Source: Verrucomicrobiota bacterium
Lineage (GTDB): Bacteria; Verrucomicrobiota; Verrucomicrobiia; Limisphaerales; AAA164-E04
Length of the DNA: 64,000 nt
Reading direction: 5' to 3'
NCBI GenBank assembly: GCA_047947115.1
Contig: CP170459.1
Location: forward strand, 1,600,001-1,664,000
This document shows positions 9,578-18,110 of the stretch, one piece after another (the stretch's first letter is position 1; every line of letters begins with the position of its first letter). The translations under genes were made by a program, and so were the position numbers. The notes under the pieces are model-generated. The model saw nothing but the letters and a program-made list of their open reading frames with translations. It ran no database searches and was not told the DNA's origin.

Positions 9578-10744
9578 TTAGCTTCCCTGGGTGCCGATCA
9601 AGTCTCTAAATCTTTGAAACAACGGCGTTGAATCATGTGGCCCCGGTGAAGCTTCCGGGTGATATTGAACGCTGAACATGGGCTTGGTGCGGTGCCGCAA
9701 CCCTTCCACAGTCTGGTCGTTCAGGTTAATGCGATCCACTTCCACATCAGTGGATAGCGTATCAGAATCCAATGCGAATCCATGGTTCTGGGAGGTGATT
9801 TCCACCACCCCTGTATCCAGGTCCTTGACGGGTTGGTTTCCGCCTCTGTGTCCAAATTTCATTTTGAACGTCTTGCCGCCCATGGCCTGCCCAAGGATCT
9901 GGTGTCCCAGGCAGATGCCAAACATCGGGTAACCGTGATCCATCAAGTCCTTGACCGTCTGAACTGCGTATCCCACTGCCGAAGGATCTCCCGGGCCGTT
10001 GGATAAAAACACACCCTGCGGATTAAGGGCTTTGACTTGGTCGGCGGTTGCGTTGGCTGGTAAAACGTGCACACGAAATCCGTGTTGTCGCAGCCGTCGA
10101 AGAATGTTGTATTTCATCCCGAAGTCCAGCGCGACAATGTTCAAGTCTGCCTCAGGCAGGGGGTGAAAGGATTTTCTTGGATCCGATTGTTCCAGCCCTT
10201 GAATCAGGCGGAAATCGCGACTCAGTTCGTCCTTCTCATCCCATATGAAGGGCTCGGGGTGGGTGACTTCCTTGACATAATCCACACCCAGTAACCCTTC
10301 CCAGCTCTTCGCTTTTGCGATCGCGTCCTCATCGGAAATTTCTTCGGTCGACAAAAAGCCGTTCATCGATCCCTCCACACGCAAGCGTTTGGTCAAAGCC
10401 CGAGTGTCGATGCCCTGAATGCCGGGGATACCGTTTTCTTTGAGATAGGTGTCCAAGTCGGTATCGGCACGCCAGTTGCTCACAACTGGCGACAGCTCGC
10501 GGACAACAAATCCGGACAGGTGGGGCTTATAGGACTCCACATCGGCGGTGTTTACACCGTAGTTTCCGATGAGGGGGTAGGTCATGGTCACGATCTGGGC
10601 TTTGTAGGAAGGATCCGTCAAAATCTCCTGGTAGCCGGTCATCGATGTGTTGAAGCATACCTCGCCGCAAAGTGATGTTTTGGCGCCAAATGCTTTTCCT
10701 CGGAAAATTGTTCCGTCCTGTAATGTTAAAACCGCATCCATCAT
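9578..10744 (-). CDS. carA: Carbamoyl-phosphate synthase small subunit
   Basis: GEVCFNTSMTGYQE, SNGPGDP, GICLGHQ, QYHPEASPGPHD. Confidence 0.97.
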   Translation of the reverse strand: MMDAVLTLQDGTIFRGKAFGAKTSLCGEVCFNTSMTGYQEILTDPSYKAQIVTMTYPLIGNYGVNTADVESYKPHLSGFVVRELSPVVSNWRADTDLDTYLKENGIPGIQGIDTRALTKRLRVEGSMNGFLSTEEISDEDAIAKAKSWEGLLGVDYVKEVTHPEPFIWDEKDELSRDFRLIQGLEQSDPRKSFHPLPEADLNIVALDFGMKYNILRRLRQHGFRVHVLPANATADQVKALNPQGVFLSNGPGDPSAVGYAVQTVKDLMDHGYPMFGICLGHQILGQAMGGKTFKMKFGHRGGNQPVKDLDTGVVEITSQNHGFALDSDTLSTDVEVDRINLNDQTVEGLRHRTKPMFSVQYHPEASPGPHDSTPLFQRFRDLIGTQGS

Positions 10745-10924
10745 TCAAATATCCGAGGCCTCATGCTAGAATGCCCGATTGCTGGGTCAAGTTATAATAT
10801 CCAGACAACCCCTATCGCCACGCGATTCTTGGGAATATGACAACTTGATTCGACCTTTTGCTCAATAAAAAGTGACCCGGTTCTCGGATTGCCAAATGGT
10901 TCCCGTTCGGGCAGCATGAAGTCC

Positions 10925-11920
10925 ATGAAACGCGTCGTGATAACGGATTACCTGGAACCGCCTGCAAGCATCGAAACGCAAGTGCTCGAAGGTGTGGCCA
11001 ATGTGGAATGTCTTCTTGCCAAAAATACTCAGGAATTGATGGGGGAACTGACGGATGCAGATGGCATCATTCTTTGTCACGAGGTTTCCATTACCCGGGA
11101 AGTTGTTGAGGAATTACATCAGTGCAAGGCGGTTGTAAGATGTGGGGTTGGGTTTGACAACATTGACCGCAAGGCAGCCGGTGAGCGTGGTATTTATGTG
11201 TGCAATGTTCCCGATTACGGTGTGGATGAAGTGGCGGATCACGCCATAGCCATGGCATTGGCATGTAATCGAGGTTTGATCAAAGCCGAACGAACCCTGC
11301 GAAAGGGCTTGCAGCCTTGGGATATGCGATCCATTCAACCTATTTTCCGCGTTGCCGGTGCGACCATGGGAATCATTGGCCTGGGTCGTATTGGGGGCGC
11401 GACTGCGTTGCGTGCAAAAGGATTGCGGATGAATGTTCAGGCTTATGATCCTTACGTGCGGGCTGGAACTGACAAGTTGTTGGGGGTTCCTTTGGTTGGG
11501 CTTGAAGAACTGCTTAAAACCAGTGACATCGTCTCAGTGCATACTCCTTTGACCGAGGAAACCCGAAAACTGATCGATGCTTCCGCCTTGTCCCTCATGA
11601 AATCCACCGCTATCCTGGTCAATACGGCACGCGGAGCTGTGGTGGACACCGACGCTTTGGCTGCGGCGCTCAAAGAAGGGCAGATCGCAGGAGCCGGAAT
11701 CGACGTGCTGCCCGATGAACCCGCCACCTCTGATATGCCCCTGATTCAACTGTGGCAGCAAGACCGGCAACCCCCGGTCAATCTGATGATCACCCCTCAC
11801 ACAGCTTTCTATTCTGATGCCGGCTTGGTGGAAATGCGCGAGAAGGCGGCCCAGGAAATCCGGCGTGTCCTGTCCGGGGAGATGCCCAAGAACTGCGTCA
11901 ATAGAGAATTCCTTCAGTAA
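10925..11920 (+). CDS. D-isomer-specific 2-hydroxyacid dehydrogenase (CtBP-like)
   Basis: GVGFDNID, GLGRIG, NTARGAVVD, TPHTAFYS. Confidence 0.92.
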   Translation: MKRVVITDYLEPPASIETQVLEGVANVECLLAKNTQELMGELTDADGIILCHEVSITREVVEELHQCKAVVRCGVGFDNIDRKAAGERGIYVCNVPDYGVDEVADHAIAMALACNRGLIKAERTLRKGLQPWDMRSIQPIFRVAGATMGIIGLGRIGGATALRAKGLRMNVQAYDPYVRAGTDKLLGVPLVGLEELLKTSDIVSVHTPLTEETRKLIDASALSLMKSTAILVNTARGAVVDTDALAAALKEGQIAGAGIDVLPDEPATSDMPLIQLWQQDRQPPVNLMITPHTAFYSDAGLVEMREKAAQEIRRVLSGEMPKNCVNREFLQ

Positions 11921-11929
11921 GATGGATTT

Positions 11930-12694
11930 TCAACCTTCCTTCTCGGTGGTGGTACTATTTTGGTAGGTGGAAAGATGAGGCGGTACCAAGTCCTGACGCT
12001 CCAGAAGGGACAGGGCTTGGGTTAACACATCTCGTTGCCCTGCTGGGTCCAGAGGCTTCCCTAGTGCAAACCCATGCGGGAAAGGAACGAGGAGCCCCCG
12101 GGGTGGGCCAACCTTGATGGCGACATCTTTCAGAAACTGGAGAACGACGGTGGTAATCCCTCGTTGTTCCAGGGCTGCTGCTGCCAGACTCACGGTCTGG
12201 TTACACATGGGTCAGACCGGCACCAACAGCACAGCGTCCACACCATCGTCCGCCAGGGCCTCGGAGAATTCCGGCGCTGATCGGGAGGTAAACCGTCCGG
12301 GAGCTGTGATGGATCCCATGAAGGAAAGAAGACGATGATTCAACGCACCAATCCTGCCTTCCGCTTCAAAGGTTCTGAAGTGGTCCAGTGGAAATCCCAG
12401 GTTAGGATCCTGTTCCAGACCGGAATGGTCAAAGGATTGGGAACGATGGGTTTCGATCAGGCTGCCCACATCGCTATCAGTGGGTATCCATCGATAAGAG
12501 GGGTCTCCGCCTTTGACATGGTCATCAAAAGGTTCTTGGTTGGGGAGCACAAAGCCAGCGCTGGAGGCCAAGGCGAACCGGCACTCTGAAAGAGGTTTTT
12601 GCAAAGGGCTCCAAGGGGTTGGGTTGATTTTTCTCCAGGGATAAGCCTTGAGAAAAAGTCGCACACTGAGGGAAAGTTCGCTGGTTTTTGCCAT
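11930..12694 (-). CDS. Selenoprotein of the glycine/betaine/sarcosine/D-proline reductase selenoprotein B (GrdB/PrdB-like) family, 254 aa, Sec at residue 161
   Basis: ORFs 12212-12694 and 11930-12208 are in the same frame, joined as GTC-TGA-CCC-ATG-TGT (V-U-P-M-C); GDPSYRWIP, DPNLGFPLD and DGVDAVLLVPV motifs; SECIS-like hairpin follows the UGA. Confidence 0.88.
12184..12200 (-). promoter_or_regulatory. Putative bacterial SECIS element
   Basis: Minus strand reads UGA, 11 nt, then CCAGAC-CGUGA-GUCUGG: a 6-bp stem with G at the second loop position. Confidence 0.7.
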
Positions 12695-12777
12695 TTTTAG
12701 GAGTTGTAACGTCTTCGATCCATGATAATCTGGATCTCCGCCATTGGTAAGGCAAAGGAAATTTTCACGAAAATTCC

Positions 12778-12805
12778 TTTACAGGTCGGCCGCGCACACT
12801 ACACT
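12778..12805 (+). promoter_or_regulatory. Putative sigma70 promoter of rpsO
   Basis: TTTACA-16 nt-TACACT about 40 nt upstream of the rpsO start. Confidence 0.45.
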
Positions 12806-12846
12806 GCGCTGCTTGTTATTTTAGAGGCATTTGCCAAAGAAGTTGT

Positions 12847-13104
12847 ATGGAAGCAAAATCAAAGACAATCGAAACCTATCGTAGACACGACAAGGACACA
12901 GGTTCCGCAGACGTTCAGGTAGCTATTTTGACCAAGAAAATCCTCTCGTTGACCGAGCATTTGAAGATCAACAAGAAAGATTTCAGCAGCCGACGCGGTT
13001 TGCTGATGATGGTCTCCAAACGCCGTCGTTTGCTGGATTACATTAATCGCACCGACCATAAGCGTTATGTTGCACTGACTCAGTCACTTAACCTGCGTCG
13101 CTAA
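12847..13104 (+). CDS. rpsO: 30S ribosomal protein S15
   Basis: DTGSADVQVAILT...SRRGLLMMVSKRRRLLDY; conserved position upstream of pnp. Confidence 0.97.
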   Translation: MEAKSKTIETYRRHDKDTGSADVQVAILTKKILSLTEHLKINKKDFSSRRGLLMMVSKRRRLLDYINRTDHKRYVALTQSLNLRR

Positions 13105-13158
13105 GCGCAAGCACTCCGGCCGGACTTCACGGCTGGCGGTTACCATTTTAATTGTGTC

Positions 13159-13339
13159 GACAGGCAGGGAAATATATACCTGCCTGTCCTGATTTGTGGA
13201 AGGGGCGTGCACGAATCAGGTTATGGCACACAGTCACGCTCCGGAAACACCGAAACCAGACCCGTTGGACCAGGGAAATTTCTTTCAGGAGCCGACATTT
13301 TTCTGTGGATGTTGAAAGAAGTTCCTCAGGGCCAACGGG
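13159..13339 (+). promoter_or_regulatory. Structured rpsO-pnp intergenic RNA (three hairpins, one about 79 nt)
   Basis: GACAGGCAGG/CCTGCCTGTC (13159-13188); CCTGATTTGTG/CACGAATCAGG (13188-13220); CCCGTTGG..TTTCTTTCA/TGAAAGAAG..CCAACGGG (13261-13339). Confidence 0.6.
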
Positions 13340-13387
13340 CATCAATGAAATGACAGCGTCATGATGGCGTTGGATTTTCCTATTGTT

Positions 13388-15562
13388 ATGTCTGAAAAAA
13401 CTACGATCAAAGTCGGGGACAAGGAAATCATCCTTGAAACCGGAAAAATGGCCCGTCAAGCAGATGGAGCCGTCACCGTCCAAATGGGCGAAACAATCAT
13501 TCTTGTTGCAGCTGTGGCTGCTTCCGAAGCGCGAGAAGGTCAGGACTTTTTCCCGCTCACCGTTGATTACAGAGAAAAGGCATCCGCAGCCGGTAAATTT
13601 CCCGGCGGTTACTTCAAGCGAGAAGGACGCCCAAGCGAAAAAGAAATCCTCACTTGCCGTCTGACCGACCGCCCCATCCGGCCTCTGTTTCCAAAAGGCT
13701 GGTTCAACGAAGTTCAGGTTCAAACGCTCCTGCTCAGTGCCGACGGCGAAAATGACCCGGACATCATGAGCATCTTGGGAGCATCGGTTGCTCTGACTGT
13801 CAGTGATATCCCATGGGCCGGGCCTCTTGGTGCCGTGCGTGTGGGGCGTATTGATGGTGAGTTCGTCGCCAACCCAACACATACCGAGCGCGAAGAGAGC
13901 GATCTGGACCTGATCTACGTGGGCAATAAAACCGATGTCGTGATGTATGAAGGCAGCGCCAACGAAATCACTGAAGAGGATTTCATGGCTGCTCTTCGAT
14001 TTGGCCAGGAAGCCTGTCAGCCCATGATTGAGGCACAGGAAAAATGGCGCGCAGCCATCGGCAAACCCAAGCGTGAAGTCGTCACGCTGCAAGTGCCCGA
14101 CGAAATCACCGCTGAAGCTCGCAGCCTGATCGCCGACAAAGTCATTCCCACCTTGCTGATCGAATCCAAGAAAGAGCGGGAAGCAGGATGGAATGCCGTC
14201 AAATCTGAAGCCGGTGCAAAGCTGAAGGAAAAATTCGGTGAAGACGCCGTTAGCGGACAGATGCTTGGTGAGATTTTCTACAAAATCCAGAAAGAAGCCG
14301 TTCGCAAGTTAATTCTGGACGATTCCAAGCGCTTGGACGGCCGAGGATTCTCCGACCTGCGCCCCATTAATTCCGAAGTAGGCCTTTTGCCTCGTGCACA
14401 CGGCTCCGCACTCTTTACTCGAGGAGAAACCCAGGCATTGACTTCCGTTACGCTGGGAACTTTGGACGACTCTCAGACTTTCGATGCCTATGCCGGTGGT
14501 GAAACCGAGAAGCAATTCCTGTTGCACTATAACTTCCCGAATTTCTCAGTTGGCGAAACCGGTCGTATTTCCGGCCCTGGTCGCCGCGAAATCGGACATG
14601 GAGCATTGGCCGAACGTTCCATCACCCCGATGTTCCCGTTTGAATCGTTTCCTTATGCCGTTCGCATCGTCAGTGAGATCATGGAATCCAACGGTTCCTC
14701 CTCCATGGCGACTGTTTGCGGAGGTTCTCTGGCATTGATGGATGCGGGTGTGCCGTTGAAGGCCCCTGTCGCCGGTATCAGTATCGGGATCTGCACGGAA
14801 ACGGATGACGATGACAACATTGATCGCTATCAAGTTCTGACCGACATCATCGGTTGGGAAGACGCCTTTTGCGACATGGACTGCAAAATCGCGGGCACTT
14901 CCAATGGAATCACTGGATTCCAGCTGGATTTGAAACTCAAGGGATTGCCCTTGGGAATTATGGAAGAAGCCCTCCAGGCATCCAAGGAAGCTCGTAAGGA
15001 TATTCTTGAGCAGATGGCCGCAACGATTGCCGAGCCTCGCAAGGAATTTAGCAAGTATGCGCCTCGCATCACCACCATCCGTATCAACCCCGACAAGATC
15101 GGCGCTCTGATCGGACCTGGCGGCAAAAACATCAAACGCATCGTTGAAGAATCCGGATGTGAGATCAACATCGAGGACGATGGTTCGGTCAAGGTTTACT
15201 CCGTCTCTGAAGAAGGGCTCAATATTGCCATGCAGGAAATCGACGGGATCACCGCTGAAATCGAAGTGGGCAAGACCTATCGGGGCAAAGTTGTTTCCAT
15301 CAAGGAATTTGGTTGTTTTGTGGAAGTCCTCCCCGGACAGGATGGGCTGTGTCACATCAGTGAACTGGCCAATTTCCGAGTCAAACGCACCGAAGACATC
15401 GTTCAGATGGGCGATGAAATCTGGGTCAAGGTCATCGGTATTGACGACAAAGGACGCGTCAAGCTTTCCCGCAAAGTCGCCATGGAAGAACGCGACAAGC
15501 TGATGGAAGAAAAAGAGTCGGGTGATGCCGGTTCTGAAGATGCATCCGGCGAAGAAGAATGA
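13388..15562 (+). CDS. pnp: Polyribonucleotide nucleotidyltransferase (PNPase)
   Basis: FFPLTVDYREK, RREIGHGALAER, ESNGSSSMA, KH and S1 domains; start MSEKTT. Confidence 0.98.
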   Translation: MSEKTTIKVGDKEIILETGKMARQADGAVTVQMGETIILVAAVAASEAREGQDFFPLTVDYREKASAAGKFPGGYFKREGRPSEKEILTCRLTDRPIRPLFPKGWFNEVQVQTLLLSADGENDPDIMSILGASVALTVSDIPWAGPLGAVRVGRIDGEFVANPTHTEREESDLDLIYVGNKTDVVMYEGSANEITEEDFMAALRFGQEACQPMIEAQEKWRAAIGKPKREVVTLQVPDEITAEARSLIADKVIPTLLIESKKEREAGWNAVKSEAGAKLKEKFGEDAVSGQMLGEIFYKIQKEAVRKLILDDSKRLDGRGFSDLRPINSEVGLLPRAHGSALFTRGETQALTSVTLGTLDDSQTFDAYAGGETEKQFLLHYNFPNFSVGETGRISGPGRREIGHGALAERSITPMFPFESFPYAVRIVSEIMESNGSSSMATVCGGSLALMDAGVPLKAPVAGISIGICTETDDDDNIDRYQVLTDIIGWEDAFCDMDCKIAGTSNGITGFQLDLKLKGLPLGIMEEALQASKEARKDILEQMAATIAEPRKEFSKYAPRITTIRINPDKIGALIGPGGKNIKRIVEESGCEINIEDDGSVKVYSVSEEGLNIAMQEIDGITAEIEVGKTYRGKVVSIKEFGCFVEVLPGQDGLCHISELANFRVKRTEDIVQMGDEIWVKVIGIDDKGRVKLSRKVAMEERDKLMEEKESGDAGSEDASGEEE

Positions 15563-15605
15563 TTTCACTTGGGTGCCTGAAAGCGCCCAAGCTTTGAATT
15601 AAAAC

Positions 15606-15633
15606 AAAAAGGCGGACGTTTTGTCCGCCTTTT
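15606..15633 (+). terminator. Intrinsic terminator after pnp
   Basis: AAAAAGGCGGAC-GTTTT-GTCCGCCTTTT. Confidence 0.8.
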
Positions 15634-15751
15634 ATTTGTAATAATTGGAATTCAAGATCGCTGCCGATTTGAGTTTTAACCACAATGGGGATGGAAGGGC
15701 GAGAGTCAGAGATGGTAACTCGGCTTGCGCTATCGGTTTCTGGATTGTTAA

Positions 15752-17125
15752 ATGAAGAACGTGCAACAACAACAAACACTCAGCGAAATGGTCGAATTTG
15801 CAGGCACCGGCTTGCATAGTGGCAACAAGGTGACCGCAAAATTCCTGCCAGCGCCTGCCAACACAGGGATTGTGTTTCGCCGGGTGGATCTGGAAGGTAA
15901 GCCCGAGATTGAGGCCCGCGTGGACAACGTAAGCGACACAACCCGCTCCACCACCTTGTCCAAAGGCAACATCAAATTGCACACGGTCGAGCATATCCTG
16001 TCCACTTTCTCCGGTATGGGCGTGGACAATGCCATCGTTGAACTGGATGCCAATGAACCTCCGATAGGTGACGGTAGTGCCCGGGATTTTTGCGAAGCGG
16101 TGCGCAAGGCTGGATTATCCCTTCAAGCGGAAAACCGCGAGCCGCTCAAGATCACCGAACCCATGGGGGTTCAGGTAGGGGATTCCATACTGTCTGTTTT
16201 CCCATACGACGGGTTCAAAATCAGTTGCACGAGCTCGGATGCCAAAGGCCAGTTTACCCAGTATTACTCCACCGAAATCGATCCCGAGACATGGGAGGTT
16301 GAAATCTCCAAAGCTCGCACCTTTTGTTTTTACGAAGAAATCGAGTTCCTCATCAAAAACGGACTTATCAAAGGAGGCAGCCTGGAAAATGCGGTCATCA
16401 TTCGTGATGACGTGGTGTTGACCAATGAGCCCCTTCGATATCCGGATGAATTCGTGCGGCACAAGATTCTGGATATCATAGGTGATCTCTATTTGATCGG
16501 GCGGCCCGTCCAGGCGCACATCATTGCCATACGGCCCAGCCATAAGATCAACTGTGAACTTGCGCGACAGTTCGCTGCGATCGCCAACAAACCCAAAGTG
16601 CCCACCCAAACCTTTGCACCGCCTGCAGAGGAATCGAAATCCAAGGCTATGGTTGAACCGGAAAAGGAATTGCCACCTCCCATTCCGCAGGATGCCACAT
16701 CGTTGGACGTGAACATGGTCATGAAGATCCTGCCCCATCGTTATCCTTTCCTGATGGTGGATCGAGTGACAAAAATCGATGGGAATAAAATCCAGGCGAT
16801 CAAAAACGTTTCGATCAATGAGCCCTTCTTCGAAGGTCATTTTCCAGGACACCCCATCATGCCGGGCGTGCTTCAGCTTGAAGCCATTGCCCAGGTGGCG
16901 GGTATCTTAACGCTCAACAATCCCGAGAACTGGGGCAAGATCGCATACTTCCTGGCAGCAGATACCGTCAAATGGCGCAAACCTGTGTTACCAGGTGACA
17001 CTTTGGTGATCGATGTGGAGGTCATGAAAAGCAGGGGGAAAATCGGCAAGGCCAAAGGAGTTTGTTCGGTCAACGGCAACACCGTGAGCGAGGCTGTGGT
17101 GACCTTTATGATGGCCAAAGCGTGA
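15752..17125 (+). CDS. lpxC/fabZ: Bifunctional LpxC / FabZ
   Basis: LpxC motifs GTGLHSG, TVEH and RHKILD fused to FabZ motifs LPHRYPFLMVD and GHFPGHPIMPGV. Confidence 0.96.
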   Translation: MKNVQQQQTLSEMVEFAGTGLHSGNKVTAKFLPAPANTGIVFRRVDLEGKPEIEARVDNVSDTTRSTTLSKGNIKLHTVEHILSTFSGMGVDNAIVELDANEPPIGDGSARDFCEAVRKAGLSLQAENREPLKITEPMGVQVGDSILSVFPYDGFKISCTSSDAKGQFTQYYSTEIDPETWEVEISKARTFCFYEEIEFLIKNGLIKGGSLENAVIIRDDVVLTNEPLRYPDEFVRHKILDIIGDLYLIGRPVQAHIIAIRPSHKINCELARQFAAIANKPKVPTQTFAPPAEESKSKAMVEPEKELPPPIPQDATSLDVNMVMKILPHRYPFLMVDRVTKIDGNKIQAIKNVSINEPFFEGHFPGHPIMPGVLQLEAIAQVAGILTLNNPENWGKIAYFLAADTVKWRKPVLPGDTLVIDVEVMKSRGKIGKAKGVCSVNGNTVSEAVVTFMMAKA

Positions 17126-17146
17126 GGCGGCGGATTACTCATCGTC

Positions 17147-17911
17147 ATGATACATCCTACTGCCATTATTCATCCTTCTGCGGAAATTGGTCCTGATTGC
17201 GAGATCGGTCCATTTTGTGTGATCGGAGAAAACGTTCGGTTGGGACGCGGCAATCGCCTGCATTCCCATGTGGTGATTGATGGATTCACCTCGCTTGGCG
17301 AAGAAAACGAAATCTTCCCCTTTGCCGCTATTGGAACCCGCACTCAGGATTTGAAGTGGAAGGGAGGGGTGACGCACACCGAGATCGGCAACCGCAACAC
17401 GATCCGCGAAAACGTCACCATCCACAGCGCCACGAGTGATGGAGATAAAACCGTGATCGGTTCCAATAACCACCTTCTTGCTTACGTGCACATCGCACAT
17501 GACGTGCAGTTGGGGAATCACATCATCATGTCCAATGTAGCCACCTTGGCTGGCCACATCGTGGTTGAGGATCACGTCGTGATCGGAGGCCTGGGGGCGG
17601 TGCATCAGTTCTGTCGAATCGGGCGTTATGCCATTATCGGCGGTTGTTCCAAGGTGGTTCAGGATGTGCCTCCGTTCATGCTGGCCGATGGAAATCCAGC
17701 CCGTAGCCGCACGGTCAACAAAGTCGGACTCGAGCGCAACGGATTTTCCGATGAGGTCCAGCAGTCTCTCAAAAAAGCCTACAAGATCCTCTTCAGATCC
17801 GGTTTGACCACAAAAAATGCAGTGGACCAAATCGAAAAGGAACTGCCTGACAATGCCGAAATTCAACATCTGGTTGAGTTCATGAGGGCCAGTCAGCGTG
17901 GAGTGGCTTAG
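17147..17911 (+). CDS. lpxA: UDP-N-acetylglucosamine acyltransferase
   Basis: Hexapeptide repeats, QDLKW, HIAHD, VHQFCRIG, QDVPPF. Confidence 0.96.
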   Translation: MIHPTAIIHPSAEIGPDCEIGPFCVIGENVRLGRGNRLHSHVVIDGFTSLGEENEIFPFAAIGTRTQDLKWKGGVTHTEIGNRNTIRENVTIHSATSDGDKTVIGSNNHLLAYVHIAHDVQLGNHIIMSNVATLAGHIVVEDHVVIGGLGAVHQFCRIGRYAIIGGCSKVVQDVPPFMLADGNPARSRTVNKVGLERNGFSDEVQQSLKKAYKILFRSGLTTKNAVDQIEKELPDNAEIQHLVEFMRASQRGVA

Positions 17912-18110
17912 CCTGAAATTCCTTGAGAGCTCGAATTGATCTGATGCTGGATCTCGAGGGGCTTGGAAATTGGAAAATATTGCAGGCCAATAAATTTTCT
18001 TGATAGCGAATGTAATTGGCGTAACTTCGTACTCAATTCCCGAAATTCAAATGGTTCCCGCTTTAGGGAGAAATCGGGTTTGTTTCCAATTACATCGTAA
18101 TCTTTAAATC

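Noticed and set aside
11930..11932. Second Sec at the terminal TGA of the selenoprotein
   Set aside because: No hairpin follows, and read-through would run into the convergent dehydrogenase gene.
14546..15568. Long antisense ORFs (also 18513-19502, 26254-27396, 32161-33222, 46117-47106)
   Set aside because: They shadow well-supported genes on the opposite strand, as expected from codon bias.
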